Below, piece after piece: positions 1-9,195 of a stretch of 64,000 bases of DNA. The notes beneath the pieces were generated by a model. The model saw only the letters and a list, made by a program, of their open reading frames with translations. It was not told the DNA's origin and did no database searches. Made by a program: the position numbers and the translations under genes. The stretch's first letter is position 1. Every line of letters begins with the position of its first letter. The stretch is from NCBI GenBank assembly GCA_022396035.1, contig JAIOXO010000008.1, positions 1,830 to 65,829 on the forward strand, written 5' to 3'. The stretch is from Actinomycetes bacterium. GTDB lineage: Bacteria; Actinomycetota; Humimicrobiia; Humimicrobiales; Humimicrobiaceae.

Positions 1-663
1 GGGTTGCCTACCAGCCATAATTTGGGCCATTCAAATTCGATGACTTTGGATATGGCTGATGAGATCCTTAATGTGGTTAAAGGCACTCCGGTTATATGCG
101 GAATAGAGGCCTGTGATGCTTCCAGCTGGGACCTGGAGTATCTGGTTGATAAATTTATGGATGCCGGTTTTTCAGGTATTATAAATTTTCCCACCATTGG
201 CCTGTTTGAGAACAATACCCTGTGGAGAAATATGAAGGAATCGGTAGGGCTTGGCTTCAGCCGGGAAATTGAGCTGGTAAAAATCGCCAGAAGTAAGGAT
301 ATATTTACCATGGCTTATGTGTTTACTCCCCAGGAGGCTGAAGATATGGCTAATGCAGGCCTGGATTGTTTGGTACCCCATGCGGGTGGAACAGCAGGGG
401 GGCTTCAGGGATTTGCTACAGTAGATTATAATGAGGGAGCCAGGGTAATTCAGGATATGATTTCTGCTGCCCAAAAGATAAATCCCCAAATAATATGTCT
501 GGCCCATGGAGGACCTTTTGCCCAGCCTGAAGACACTGAACATCTTTACCGCCACACAGATGCTGCTGGATTTGTAGGAGCGTCCAGCATTGAAAGGATA
601 CCTATTGAAAATGCAGTAATAGAAGCGGTAAAGAACTTTAAGTCCTATAAGACCGGTAAATAA
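1..663 (+). CDS. Phosphoenolpyruvate hydrolase-like / TIM-barrel signal-transduction family protein (5'-truncated by window edge)
   Basis: Motifs GFSGIINFPTIGL, GxxREIELV, TMAYVFTP, CLAHGGP and GFVGASSIER are typical of this family. The frame is open from base 1. Confidence 0.8.
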   Translation, partial: GLPTSHNLGHSNSMTLDMADEILNVVKGTPVICGIEACDASSWDLEYLVDKFMDAGFSGIINFPTIGLFENNTLWRNMKESVGLGFSREIELVKIARSKDIFTMAYVFTPQEAEDMANAGLDCLVPHAGGTAGGLQGFATVDYNEGARVIQDMISAAQKINPQIICLAHGGPFAQPEDTEHLYRHTDAAGFVGASSIERIPIENAVIEAVKNFKSYKTGK

Positions 664-742
664 AGTTTTAGGTTTGACATACTGACTGTAATACAATATT
701 TTATAAGCAAAACTATTTTGTTAATTCAATTAATTAAGCAAC

Positions 743-1750
743 ATGAATCCTAGAGAAATAGCTCTGAACCAGCTGTGGGGCAATAAGACACCCCGAAAGG
801 CTGTATTTAATCCGGTGTCTTCGATTACTGTAGAACAGATGGAACAGATGGGCTCATTTTTCCCCCAGGCCCATACCCGGGCTAAAGACATGTTTGAACT
901 TTCCCGGGCAAGCTACGAAATCCTTGAGTATGATGCCATAATGCCTTTATTTTCAGTGGTTATTGAATCCTATGCAGTGGGCTGCAAGGTAGACTGGGGG
1001 CAGCTGGATAAGATGCCTACGGTGAAGGGAAAATTATGGAGTGGCTACGGGGATATAGAGTTTGATAAAAGCTTTTTAGACAATCATGCCGTAAAAGCAG
1101 TACTGGAGTGCATATCTATGCTTAAGGAAAAATATCCCCAGGTCCTTATAGTAGGTAAGGTATTCGGGCCCTGGACCTTGAGCTATCATTTTTTTGGTAT
1201 TGAAGATTTTCTTATAAAAACCATAACCGATCCCGGTGAGGTAAAGGATATACTCAATAAATTAACCGATATAACTCTCTGGTTTGCGCAAGCCCAGATA
1301 GAGGCAGGAGCAGATGCTGTTACCATTGCTGATCATGCAACCCGGGATTTATGCAGCCCCCAGTCATACCGGGATTTTTTGATTCCTGTGCACAGTTATC
1401 TGGCTAAAAATATAGAGGTTCCCACTATTCTTCATATTTGCGGAAATACCTCAGACCGCATTGAATATATATGCCAGACCGGTTTAAATTCTTTTCATTT
1501 TGAATCCAAAGTAGATGCCTGCCAGGCAGTAGACCTGGCCGGAGGCAGGATAGTCCTTATAGGTAATATCAATAATCCTCAGACACTGCTGTTTGGAACT
1601 CCCACAGATGTGGCGGAAAAAGTAGAATATGCCATAGGATGTGGTGTGGATATAATTGGGCCTGAATGTGCGGTGCCCCTAAGGACACCGCTGGAAAATC
1701 TAAAGCAAATAGCCAAAACTACCAAGAACCATAAATTAGACTCTAATTAA
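743..1750 (+). CDS. MtaA/CmuA-family methylcobamide:acceptor methyltransferase (uroporphyrinogen decarboxylase superfamily)
   Basis: 335 aa. VFGPWTL, AQIEAGADAVTIAD, zinc-binding LHICG, GNI and C-terminal GPECAVP motifs. Confidence 0.85.
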   Translation: MNPREIALNQLWGNKTPRKAVFNPVSSITVEQMEQMGSFFPQAHTRAKDMFELSRASYEILEYDAIMPLFSVVIESYAVGCKVDWGQLDKMPTVKGKLWSGYGDIEFDKSFLDNHAVKAVLECISMLKEKYPQVLIVGKVFGPWTLSYHFFGIEDFLIKTITDPGEVKDILNKLTDITLWFAQAQIEAGADAVTIADHATRDLCSPQSYRDFLIPVHSYLAKNIEVPTILHICGNTSDRIEYICQTGLNSFHFESKVDACQAVDLAGGRIVLIGNINNPQTLLFGTPTDVAEKVEYAIGCGVDIIGPECAVPLRTPLENLKQIAKTTKNHKLDSN

Positions 1751-3215
1751 AGTCCTGGGTAAAAGAAAGTATGTTTTCAATATTTACATCGCCAAAGTAT
1801 TTTCTAAACAAATTATAGAAATACATCTCTTCCTTATTTCTTAACCTGAACCCGTTATCCAGCTGGCGGTTTTTCTTAAAATCGGCATCACCAATATTTT
1901 CTTCAATCTTTTCAGTTAAGGAATCCTGGATTCCTGAACCCTCCCAAAATTTCTCTTTGCCCCTCCAGGCTATCTGATGGGGCAGATACCTTTCTGCTAC
2001 CTTGCGTAAAACATACTTGGATATGTTTTTAGAGGGCTTAATCTTTTGGTCGGTAGGTATGGTCAGGGCAAAATCTATAAGGCTCTCATCCAACAATGGA
2101 AGCCTTACGTTTACATTATGGGCATTGGCTAGCCGGTCTACCCTCTGCAGGGCAGTGTTATGAAGGCTGTTTATAGCCTTAACCAGCCCTTTCTGTATTT
2201 TATCTGAAGACTTGTAGTCCAAGAAATAATTATATCCGCCAAAGACTTCATCTCCTCCTTCTCCGGAAAATACAATTTCTGCTTCCGATGAAATCCTGGA
2301 GGCTATCATATTGCCCAGCGAGCTTCTGACCAGGGGAGCATCAAAAGATTCCAGATGATATATGACTTCGGGTATAGTATTATAAAGATCATCCAGGTTT
2401 AACTGATGTTCAATATGTTCTGTACCCAGAGCTTTGGCTACCACCCTGGAGGCTTCAAGGTCAGGGGAGCCTTCAAAACCTACGGAAAAGGTATATACCT
2501 TATCCGTAAATTTCTGTACCAGTGCTGCTACCAGACTGGAGTCCACTCCGCCACTTAACCAGACTCCGATTTCTCCCTTATATCCATCTATTCTTTTTTT
2601 TACTGCATCCTGCAGCATACTATCCAGCTTATCTACTATTTCTTTGGTATCAGTCCGGGATAGAAAGTCATAGTCAGCTACTTCTATGCTGTCATATTTC
2701 TGGGGCCTGGAATTATTCTTCATTAAGTGGCCAGGAGGAAATTCATTTATCTGGTCTCCGTATTCCAGCAAAGACTTAATTTCTGAAGCAAAAGTGACAC
2801 TCTGGTCATCATGGACATAATATAATGGTTTTATCCCTATGGTATCACGGGCCAGATAAGTATTATTATCTTCATCTGTAGCCACCAGCGAAAAAGCCCC
2901 TTGAAACTGTTTTATAACCGATGGACCCGTCTTGTTGATCAACTGGCTAATCTTTTCTGAATCCGAAAGACTGTTGCTGTTATCTGTACCATGTTTTCGA
3001 AACAGCTTATCGATATTGTAAATTCTACCGTCTATCAGCACCTGGGGGTTCTTCTGGGTGGAGTAATTGGATATCATACCCAGGCAATGGCCGTCCTGGG
3101 CCAGCAAGGTTTCTTTCCTGACACCCCGGTGGCTGATTTTCTTTAGTAGCTTTTTTACCTGTTCCTGTTGGGGCTTGTGGCCCTCTTTTTTTATTATTCC
3201 TGCTATACCGCTCAT
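1743..3215 (-). CDS. Asparagine synthase-like protein (Ntn domain + ATP pyrophosphatase domain); N-terminal Cys replaced by Ser
   Basis: Starts MSGIAGII. Contains LARDTIGIKPLYY, LSGGVDSS, SGEGGDEVFGGY and RLPLLD. Confidence 0.85.
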   Translation of the reverse strand: MSGIAGIIKKEGHKPQQEQVKKLLKKISHRGVRKETLLAQDGHCLGMISNYSTQKNPQVLIDGRIYNIDKLFRKHGTDNSNSLSDSEKISQLINKTGPSVIKQFQGAFSLVATDEDNNTYLARDTIGIKPLYYVHDDQSVTFASEIKSLLEYGDQINEFPPGHLMKNNSRPQKYDSIEVADYDFLSRTDTKEIVDKLDSMLQDAVKKRIDGYKGEIGVWLSGGVDSSLVAALVQKFTDKVYTFSVGFEGSPDLEASRVVAKALGTEHIEHQLNLDDLYNTIPEVIYHLESFDAPLVRSSLGNMIASRISSEAEIVFSGEGGDEVFGGYNYFLDYKSSDKIQKGLVKAINSLHNTALQRVDRLANAHNVNVRLPLLDESLIDFALTIPTDQKIKPSKNISKYVLRKVAERYLPHQIAWRGKEKFWEGSGIQDSLTEKIEENIGDADFKKNRQLDNGFRLRNKEEMYFYNLFRKYFGDVNIENILSFTQDFN

Positions 3216-3394
3216 TTTTTATTATCACCCTTTTATTTTTTAGGGGTTACCCCCTATATATAGACAAAACTATGTGGCAGTTTACCAAATATAGTGGTTT
3301 ATTACAATTAAGCCAGATTTTGGCCCGGTTTTGCCTTTTTGGATATTTACCCTATAATTCTTAGAAAGTATTGTTAGAGTTAAAATTACAGTTT

Positions 3395-4171
3395 ATGGTA
3401 GAAGTAATTGATTTGAAAAATTACCAGGAGTCAGTAACCCGGTTGCTGGGCCGGCTGGATTTTAGCCGGACCCTGGAACAGGTAGATAAAATCCTTATAA
3501 AACCCAATCTCCTGGAGGATGTCCCGCCTCCCTGTACCACCCACAAAGATTGCGTGGCCGCGATTATCGAGTACATAAGAAACTGCAGGCCGGGCGCAGA
3601 GATAGCGGTAATTGAGGGCTCAGGAGGGTGCGATACGCAAAAAGCATTCAAGGCCCTGGGATATGAGCTGCTTGCAGAAAAGTACGGAATCAGGCTGATA
3701 GATGTGGACCGTTGCCAGCTGGTTAAAAAATTTAATGATAATGCCCTGGCTTACCGGCAGATATACCTTCCCCGGATACTTTTTGAAAATTATTATTTTA
3801 TATCAGTTCCGGTGCTGAAAGCCCATACCATTACCCGGGTAACCTTAAGCTACAAGAATCTGGTAGGCCTGCTTGCCCAAAAACACTATGGGGGCTACTG
3901 GCATTACCGCCGAAGTGATGTTCACCGGGTAGGGGTAGAAAAAGCCATATATGATCTCAGCAATTATGTGCCTATAGACCTGGCAATAATTGATGCGGCT
4001 ACAGGACAGGCAGACAGCCATCTGCGGGGAGGCAAAGCCTGCAGCCCGCCCCACCGGAAGATTGTGGGCGGGCACAGCATTCTGGAAGTGGACCAAGCCG
4101 GCTGCCGGCTTTTGGGGGTAGACCCGGAAACAGTAAAGCACCTGTCCCTTATTGAAAAAACTTTAATATAA
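3395..4171 (+). CDS. DUF362 domain-containing protein
   Basis: ILIKPN, SVPVLKAH and TLSYKNLVG motifs. ATG at 3395 preferred over TTG at 3371. Confidence 0.8.
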   Translation: MVEVIDLKNYQESVTRLLGRLDFSRTLEQVDKILIKPNLLEDVPPPCTTHKDCVAAIIEYIRNCRPGAEIAVIEGSGGCDTQKAFKALGYELLAEKYGIRLIDVDRCQLVKKFNDNALAYRQIYLPRILFENYYFISVPVLKAHTITRVTLSYKNLVGLLAQKHYGGYWHYRRSDVHRVGVEKAIYDLSNYVPIDLAIIDAATGQADSHLRGGKACSPPHRKIVGGHSILEVDQAGCRLLGVDPETVKHLSLIEKTLI

Positions 4172-4266
4172 CTTACATATATTACATATACATGCTTTTT
4201 TAAGTACAGTATAATAACAGGAAATACCCTGGCGTTTATCTGAAAATAGCTGGAAAGAAAGATAAT

Positions 4267-5457
4267 ATGGCTACAGATTTTAAAAAAGTTAGTGCGGTAA
4301 AGTGTGACAGTTATCTAAAAACTGATACGGTGGAAGCTTTAAACAGGGTAGTTGGCATGGTGGGCGGGTTCAAAGACATAAGGCCGGATGACAGGGTCCT
4401 TATAAAGCCCAACCTGCTGCTGGCAGCCGGTCCGGAGAAGGCGGTAACCACACATCCCAAATTTTTAGAAGCTCTGATTGAGATCCTTGCATCATATACA
4501 GATATAAGCAGGATAACTATTGCTGATAGCCCCGGGGCAGGTATCCCTTTTAACCGGGACAACCTGGAGAAAGTGTACCGGATTACGGGGATGATGGAGG
4601 TAGCAAAAAACACAGGCTGCCTGCTTAACTTTGACACCAGTTACAGCAGCTGTACCCTGAAGGACGGAAAAGCTATTAAGAAAGTGGATATATTAAACCC
4701 GCTGCTTAAAGTGGATAAGATAATTAACCTGTGCAAGTTTAAAACCCATAACCTTACTTCTATGACCGGAGCGGTCAAAAACATGTTTGGAGCAGTGCCG
4801 GGCTATACCAAACTGGGCCATCATTTGAGGTTCACACAAATAAAAGCCTTCACCCAGATGCTGGTGGATATTGCCCAATTTTTAAAACCATCCATAAATA
4901 TAATGGACGGAGTTCTGGGAATGGAAGGCGAAGGCCCGGGGGCAAGGGGCACCCCAAGGCATATAGGCCTTATTCTGGCCAGCAGAGATGCAATGGCTCT
5001 GGATGTTATAGCAGCTGGATTTATGGGTCTGAGTCCCGAAACATTTCCCCTGCTCAAACTGGAAGGCATTCCTTCCATACAGGATATTGAAGTTGCAGGT
5101 GATGTCGGTGCAGACTACAGGATAGAGGATTTCAGGCTGCCTAAAAACATTGGCCGGCAACAGCTGGTAGACAGCAGTTTTGCCAACCGGCATCTTATGC
5201 CATTGGCCAGAAACCTGTTTAATCCCTTCCCGGTGACCAACCGGGAGAAATGCACCCTCTGCGAGGTCTGCCAGGATGTCTGTCCCAACAGTGCCATCAC
5301 CATAGCCAAAGGCAGGGTAAACTATGATTACAGTAAATGCATAAGGTGTTTCTGCTGCAGCGAGCTATGTCCAGAAGGAGCCATCGATATAAAATATAAA
5401 TGGCTGGCTGATATCTTAATAAATAAAATAGGCTGGTCAGGAAAATCTGAAAAATAA
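4267..5457 (+). CDS. DUF362 domain protein with C-terminal 2x[4Fe-4S] ferredoxin
   Basis: VLIKPNLL, KFKTH, GAVKNMFG and GMEGEGP, plus CTLCEVCQDVCP and CIRCFCCSELCP. Confidence 0.85.
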   Translation: MATDFKKVSAVKCDSYLKTDTVEALNRVVGMVGGFKDIRPDDRVLIKPNLLLAAGPEKAVTTHPKFLEALIEILASYTDISRITIADSPGAGIPFNRDNLEKVYRITGMMEVAKNTGCLLNFDTSYSSCTLKDGKAIKKVDILNPLLKVDKIINLCKFKTHNLTSMTGAVKNMFGAVPGYTKLGHHLRFTQIKAFTQMLVDIAQFLKPSINIMDGVLGMEGEGPGARGTPRHIGLILASRDAMALDVIAAGFMGLSPETFPLLKLEGIPSIQDIEVAGDVGADYRIEDFRLPKNIGRQQLVDSSFANRHLMPLARNLFNPFPVTNREKCTLCEVCQDVCPNSAITIAKGRVNYDYSKCIRCFCCSELCPEGAIDIKYKWLADILINKIGWSGKSEK

Positions 5458-5458
5458 C

Positions 5459-6436
5459 CTAGGATTTAAAGAAAGAAAATATTTTATTTATAACCCTGCT
5501 GTCGGTAAGAATCTTGCTGGAATGAAAATTGGCCATCCAGTGAATCTCCGGCTGACCTAATTCCTTATGAAGCATTAGGGTAGACTTTCTGGAAAAGTAG
5601 AAATCAAACCTGGCATTAATCATCAGTATCTGTTGGGGATCCAGGCGGTGGGCAAAAGCTAAGGGGTCGCATAAAAAACACATTTTGGCCAAATCAGGAG
5701 AATCCGACTTTAACTTTTCGGTATCAATATCACCATTGCCGGAGGCTTTAAATTGCTTGAGAAAAGCAGGGAAATGACTATAATAGCTGTGGCATTTACT
5801 TCTGTTTATTTTTCCATGATCGGCACAGTTTCCCTTTAGTACAAACCTTAAGATTCCATTCCAGTGAATTTGTTCCCAGTGGGCACCCCCTATCAGCAGA
5901 ACCCCTTTATCTATCCTGGGCTCGTGGGCCATGGTCAAAACCGATACTATACTTCCCATGCTCAGGCCGCATATATGTATTGTGGTAACCGGCCAGTTAT
6001 GCATTATGTCTATAAGGCGCCTGATGTCCACCACGCATTGGTGAAAGTACTCCATGGTGTCCAGGTCATCATAATATATTAACTCCTTTCCGCTTTGAGA
6101 ATCTTCGGGGGCCCGGTTAAGGTGAAGGGGTAGATTAGGAAAAGCGCAGGTGTAGCCATGGTTTACCGCCTGTTTTATAAAATGATAGTAATTATCCATC
6201 TTGTTTTTTCTGGTAGAAAAGCCATGAAGGAATATAAGCAGCCTGGAAGGCTGTTGCAGCCTATCCGGGGAATAGATCTCACAATATACCCTATCATTTA
6301 ATTTGTTTCCGGTCACGTAGGGGGACCGGTATTGTAATTTGTAGGTAAAGGCATCCGGAATACCCGGAGTTGGCCTGGTCTCTTTTAGATCAAAGGTCAG
6401 CCCGCTATCCTGTTGGTTGTAATCATAAAGTTTCAT
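5459..6436 (-). CDS. Alpha/beta hydrolase fold protein
   Basis: FLHGF oxyanion segment, GLSMG nucleophile elbow, later Asp (RFD) and His (NFH). ATG at 6436 preferred as start. Confidence 0.75.
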   Translation of the reverse strand: MKLYDYNQQDSGLTFDLKETRPTPGIPDAFTYKLQYRSPYVTGNKLNDRVYCEIYSPDRLQQPSRLLIFLHGFSTRKNKMDNYYHFIKQAVNHGYTCAFPNLPLHLNRAPEDSQSGKELIYYDDLDTMEYFHQCVVDIRRLIDIMHNWPVTTIHICGLSMGSIVSVLTMAHEPRIDKGVLLIGGAHWEQIHWNGILRFVLKGNCADHGKINRSKCHSYYSHFPAFLKQFKASGNGDIDTEKLKSDSPDLAKMCFLCDPLAFAHRLDPQQILMINARFDFYFSRKSTLMLHKELGQPEIHWMANFHSSKILTDSRVINKIFSFFKS

Positions 6437-6648
6437 AACATTATTAAATACACATACTACCAAAAAAGTGCCAGGGGCAGTATATCTTATTTTTTAGCCG
6501 GCTTAAATTTATAATAGTTTAAAAAATCCATAATTATTGATCCAGCTGCTGTACAGAGTAAAATTTCAAAACATTTATCATTTTAGCCATAGATGTTATT
6601 ATAAATATGCATTTAATATTAAACAAACAATAAATAGGGGATGTTTTT

Positions 6649-6969
6649 ATGAACAATAGCCATAATGATAATGGTGCTTTGACCACATTTTTAGGTTTTA
6701 TGTTAGGCTTTGCCGCCGGGGCGGTAACTGCCATGCTGCTAACCACCAAAACCGGAGAAGAGCTGCGGTCAGATATAAGGAAGATTGCTACAGATATCCG
6801 AGATCAGGTAGAAGATAAGACAGGAAAGGCAAAAAACCTTACCAAGAAAAAGTATGAAGAGATACAGAATAACGTTATTGCCAATTATAAGAAGATAAAA
6901 CAATTAACTGAAAAAGAAGTACAGTTTATTAAGAAACTGATTGCCGAACAGAAGGAAGCTACAAAATAA
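6649..6969 (+). CDS. YtxH domain-containing protein
   Basis: FLGFMLGFAAGAVTAMLLTTKTGEELR followed by a helical coiled-coil-like region. Confidence 0.75.
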   Translation: MNNSHNDNGALTTFLGFMLGFAAGAVTAMLLTTKTGEELRSDIRKIATDIRDQVEDKTGKAKNLTKKKYEEIQNNVIANYKKIKQLTEKEVQFIKKLIAEQKEATK

Positions 6970-6977
6970 TACCCTTT

Positions 6978-7004
6978 AAAAGCCCTGCCAGGCGGGGCTT
7001 TTTT
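6978..7004 (+). terminator. Intrinsic terminator
   Basis: GCCCTGC-CAG-GCGGGGC hairpin followed by T6 and preceded by A4, just after the YtxH stop. Confidence 0.8.
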
Positions 7005-7073
7005 CATGGTTGTAATATTAGATAGTTAATATATAATAATATCAAAATATGGCTGAAAATTAACAGGTACCAT

Positions 7074-7277
7074 ATGAATAAGAAAGTTGCTATTATAAAT
7101 TACTATAAGTGCAGACCGGAGGAATGCGGATCAGTTTGTAAGGCAGTAAAGGCCTGTACTAAAAAGAGTCTGAAGCAGGAACAGGCAGGGCAACCTCCCC
7201 TGATGTGGGGTCTCTGCGGCGGCTGCTTTAAGTGTATAGGTGCCTGCCTGCGGGGGGCTATTGAAAAAAGCAAATAA
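7074..7277 (+). CDS. Small 4Fe-4S ferredoxin-like protein (RLI/ABCE1 N-terminal-like cysteine spacing)
   Basis: 67 aa with 8 Cys: CRPEECGSVCKAVKAC and CGGCFKCIGAC. Confidence 0.7.
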   Translation: MNKKVAIINYYKCRPEECGSVCKAVKACTKKSLKQEQAGQPPLMWGLCGGCFKCIGACLRGAIEKSK

Positions 7278-7287
7278 GGGAGGAAAA

Positions 7288-7503
7288 ATGACAGTAAAAA
7301 AAGACAGTTATCCTTTATTGGGTGTGGAATGTGCATCTTGCGTAAAAAAAATTGAGACAGTATTAAAGAAGCAGGATGGAATCATAGAAGCGGTGGTTAA
7401 TCTGGCTACCGAGAATTTAACTATAGAATATGATGAAGACAAGATAGGCCTTGAAGAGATATCTGAAGTTATAAAAAAAATTGGCTATGAAATGATAACC
7501 TGA
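7288..7503 (+). CDS. Heavy-metal-associated (CopZ-like) chaperone
   Basis: GVECASCV metal-binding motif, 71 aa. SD GGGAGG precedes the ATG at 7288. Confidence 0.85.
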   Translation: MTVKKDSYPLLGVECASCVKKIETVLKKQDGIIEAVVNLATENLTIEYDEDKIGLEEISEVIKKIGYEMIT

Positions 7504-7516
7504 CAGGAGGATTATT

Positions 7517-9178
7517 TTGCCTAAAACCTATGTAATCATCGGGGCTATAGCAGCCGGCACTTCAGCAGCAGCTAAAATAAGGAGATCCGATGAAGATGCA
7601 GAAATTTTGATCTATGATATGGATAAATATATATCCTATGGAACCTGCGGGCTCCCTTATTTTGTATCCGGTACCATAAAGCATATGTCCAGCCTGCTGG
7701 TAAACACAGTAGAAAATTTTGAAAAACGGTTTAATCTGAAGGTCTTCAGCCGGCATAAAGTAACTGCTGTAGACACGGACAAGAAAATTGTAAAAGTAAG
7801 GGAATTAAGCAGCGGCAAGGAATTTGTTCAAAACTGGGACAAGCTCATTATAACTACCGGCTCCAAGCCTGTCACTCTTAATATGCCGGGGATGGATGCT
7901 GAGAATGTCTTTGGATTAAAGACCATTGCAGACAGTCTCAGCTTAAAGAAATACATGGAAAACCTTGATAAGAAAAATCCCCATGCGGTGATAATAGGGG
8001 GTGGATTTATTGGACTGGAACTCTTAGAGGCGTTTTTAAAAAGGCAGATGAAGGTAACTATAGTGGAAAAAACAGAGCAGCTTCTGCCCATGTTTGATAA
8101 ACAGATAATAGAATATCTGCATAATTATCTGGCTGACAGGGGGGTCCGGCTGCTGACTGGTGAGCAGGTGGCAGGGGTGGCCACTAAAGAAGATAAAATT
8201 ATTTCTGTGGATACCGTTAGCGGCAAGAAATTGCCGGCAGACCTTGTGTTTATGGGAATAGGTACCAGGCCCGAGGTTGGTCTGGCCAAACAGGCGGGCA
8301 TAGCCCTGGGAAACAGCGGAGCTGTTGCAGTGAATAAGTATATGCAGACCAATGTGGCAGATGTGTATGCAGCCGGTGACTGCTGTGAATGCCTTAATGA
8401 AATAACCGGGCAGTGGCACCCATATAATTTGGCCTCCATAGCCAACAGGCAGGGCAGGGTGGCCGGATATAATGCAGCAGGCGGAAAAGATACCTTTAAT
8501 GGCAGCAATATAACCTCGATTATAAAAGTACTGGATATAGCTATAGCCAAAACTGGCATCAGCTTAAGCGAAGCAAAATCTGAGGGCATAAATGCCGGTA
8601 ATATAGAGCTGCATTATCTAAACCATGCCGGTTATTACCCGGGAGCCGAGATAATGCATATGATGCTGATCTATGACCGAGACAGCGGCCGTGTGCTGGG
8701 AATGGAAGCTATTGGCAGACAGGGAGTGGACAAGAGGGCAGATGTAGTTTCTGTAGCAATAAAAAATGGTATGAAAGCTTGGGAACTGGATAATCTGGAC
8801 CTGTGCTATCAGCCTGAATACGGTTCAGCCAAGGATCCGATAAATATACTGGGAATGATTGGGGATAATATCAGAAAGAAAGAAGTAGGTTTTATCGACA
8901 GCAGTGAGCTTGAGCAACTGAAAAGCCAGGGGCAGGATTTTATACTGCTGGATGTGCGTACCCCAAAGGAATACGGGAAGGAAAATATAGAGGGATCCGT
9001 AAATATTTATGTAGACCAGCTGCGGGATAATCTGGACAAATTAGACCGGAACAAGCTGATTATCATTTATTGTCTTACCGGATACCGGGCTTATATTGCT
9101 TACCGGATCCTGTACAACAGGGGTTACAGGGTGAAACTGCTGAATGGATCAATTTTAAGCTGGTATAGGAAGATTTAA
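7517..9178 (+). CDS. CoA-disulfide/persulfide reductase with C-terminal rhodanese domain
   Basis: FAD-binding GAIAAG, redox-active SYGTCGLPY, NADH-binding GGGFIGLE, YAAGD, and rhodanese LLDVRTPKEY...YCLTGYRA. TTG start with SD AGGGAGG. Confidence 0.85.
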   Translation: MPKTYVIIGAIAAGTSAAAKIRRSDEDAEILIYDMDKYISYGTCGLPYFVSGTIKHMSSLLVNTVENFEKRFNLKVFSRHKVTAVDTDKKIVKVRELSSGKEFVQNWDKLIITTGSKPVTLNMPGMDAENVFGLKTIADSLSLKKYMENLDKKNPHAVIIGGGFIGLELLEAFLKRQMKVTIVEKTEQLLPMFDKQIIEYLHNYLADRGVRLLTGEQVAGVATKEDKIISVDTVSGKKLPADLVFMGIGTRPEVGLAKQAGIALGNSGAVAVNKYMQTNVADVYAAGDCCECLNEITGQWHPYNLASIANRQGRVAGYNAAGGKDTFNGSNITSIIKVLDIAIAKTGISLSEAKSEGINAGNIELHYLNHAGYYPGAEIMHMMLIYDRDSGRVLGMEAIGRQGVDKRADVVSVAIKNGMKAWELDNLDLCYQPEYGSAKDPINILGMIGDNIRKKEVGFIDSSELEQLKSQGQDFILLDVRTPKEYGKENIEGSVNIYVDQLRDNLDKLDRNKLIIIYCLTGYRAYIAYRILYNRGYRVKLLNGSILSWYRKI

Positions 9179-9195
9179 GAAGGGGTTTTTAACTG

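Noticed and set aside
3241-3256. Palindrome TAGGGG-TTAC-CCCCTA between the divergent AsnB-like and DUF362 genes
   Set aside because: Only a 6-bp stem with no second copy found, so it cannot be assigned as an operator.
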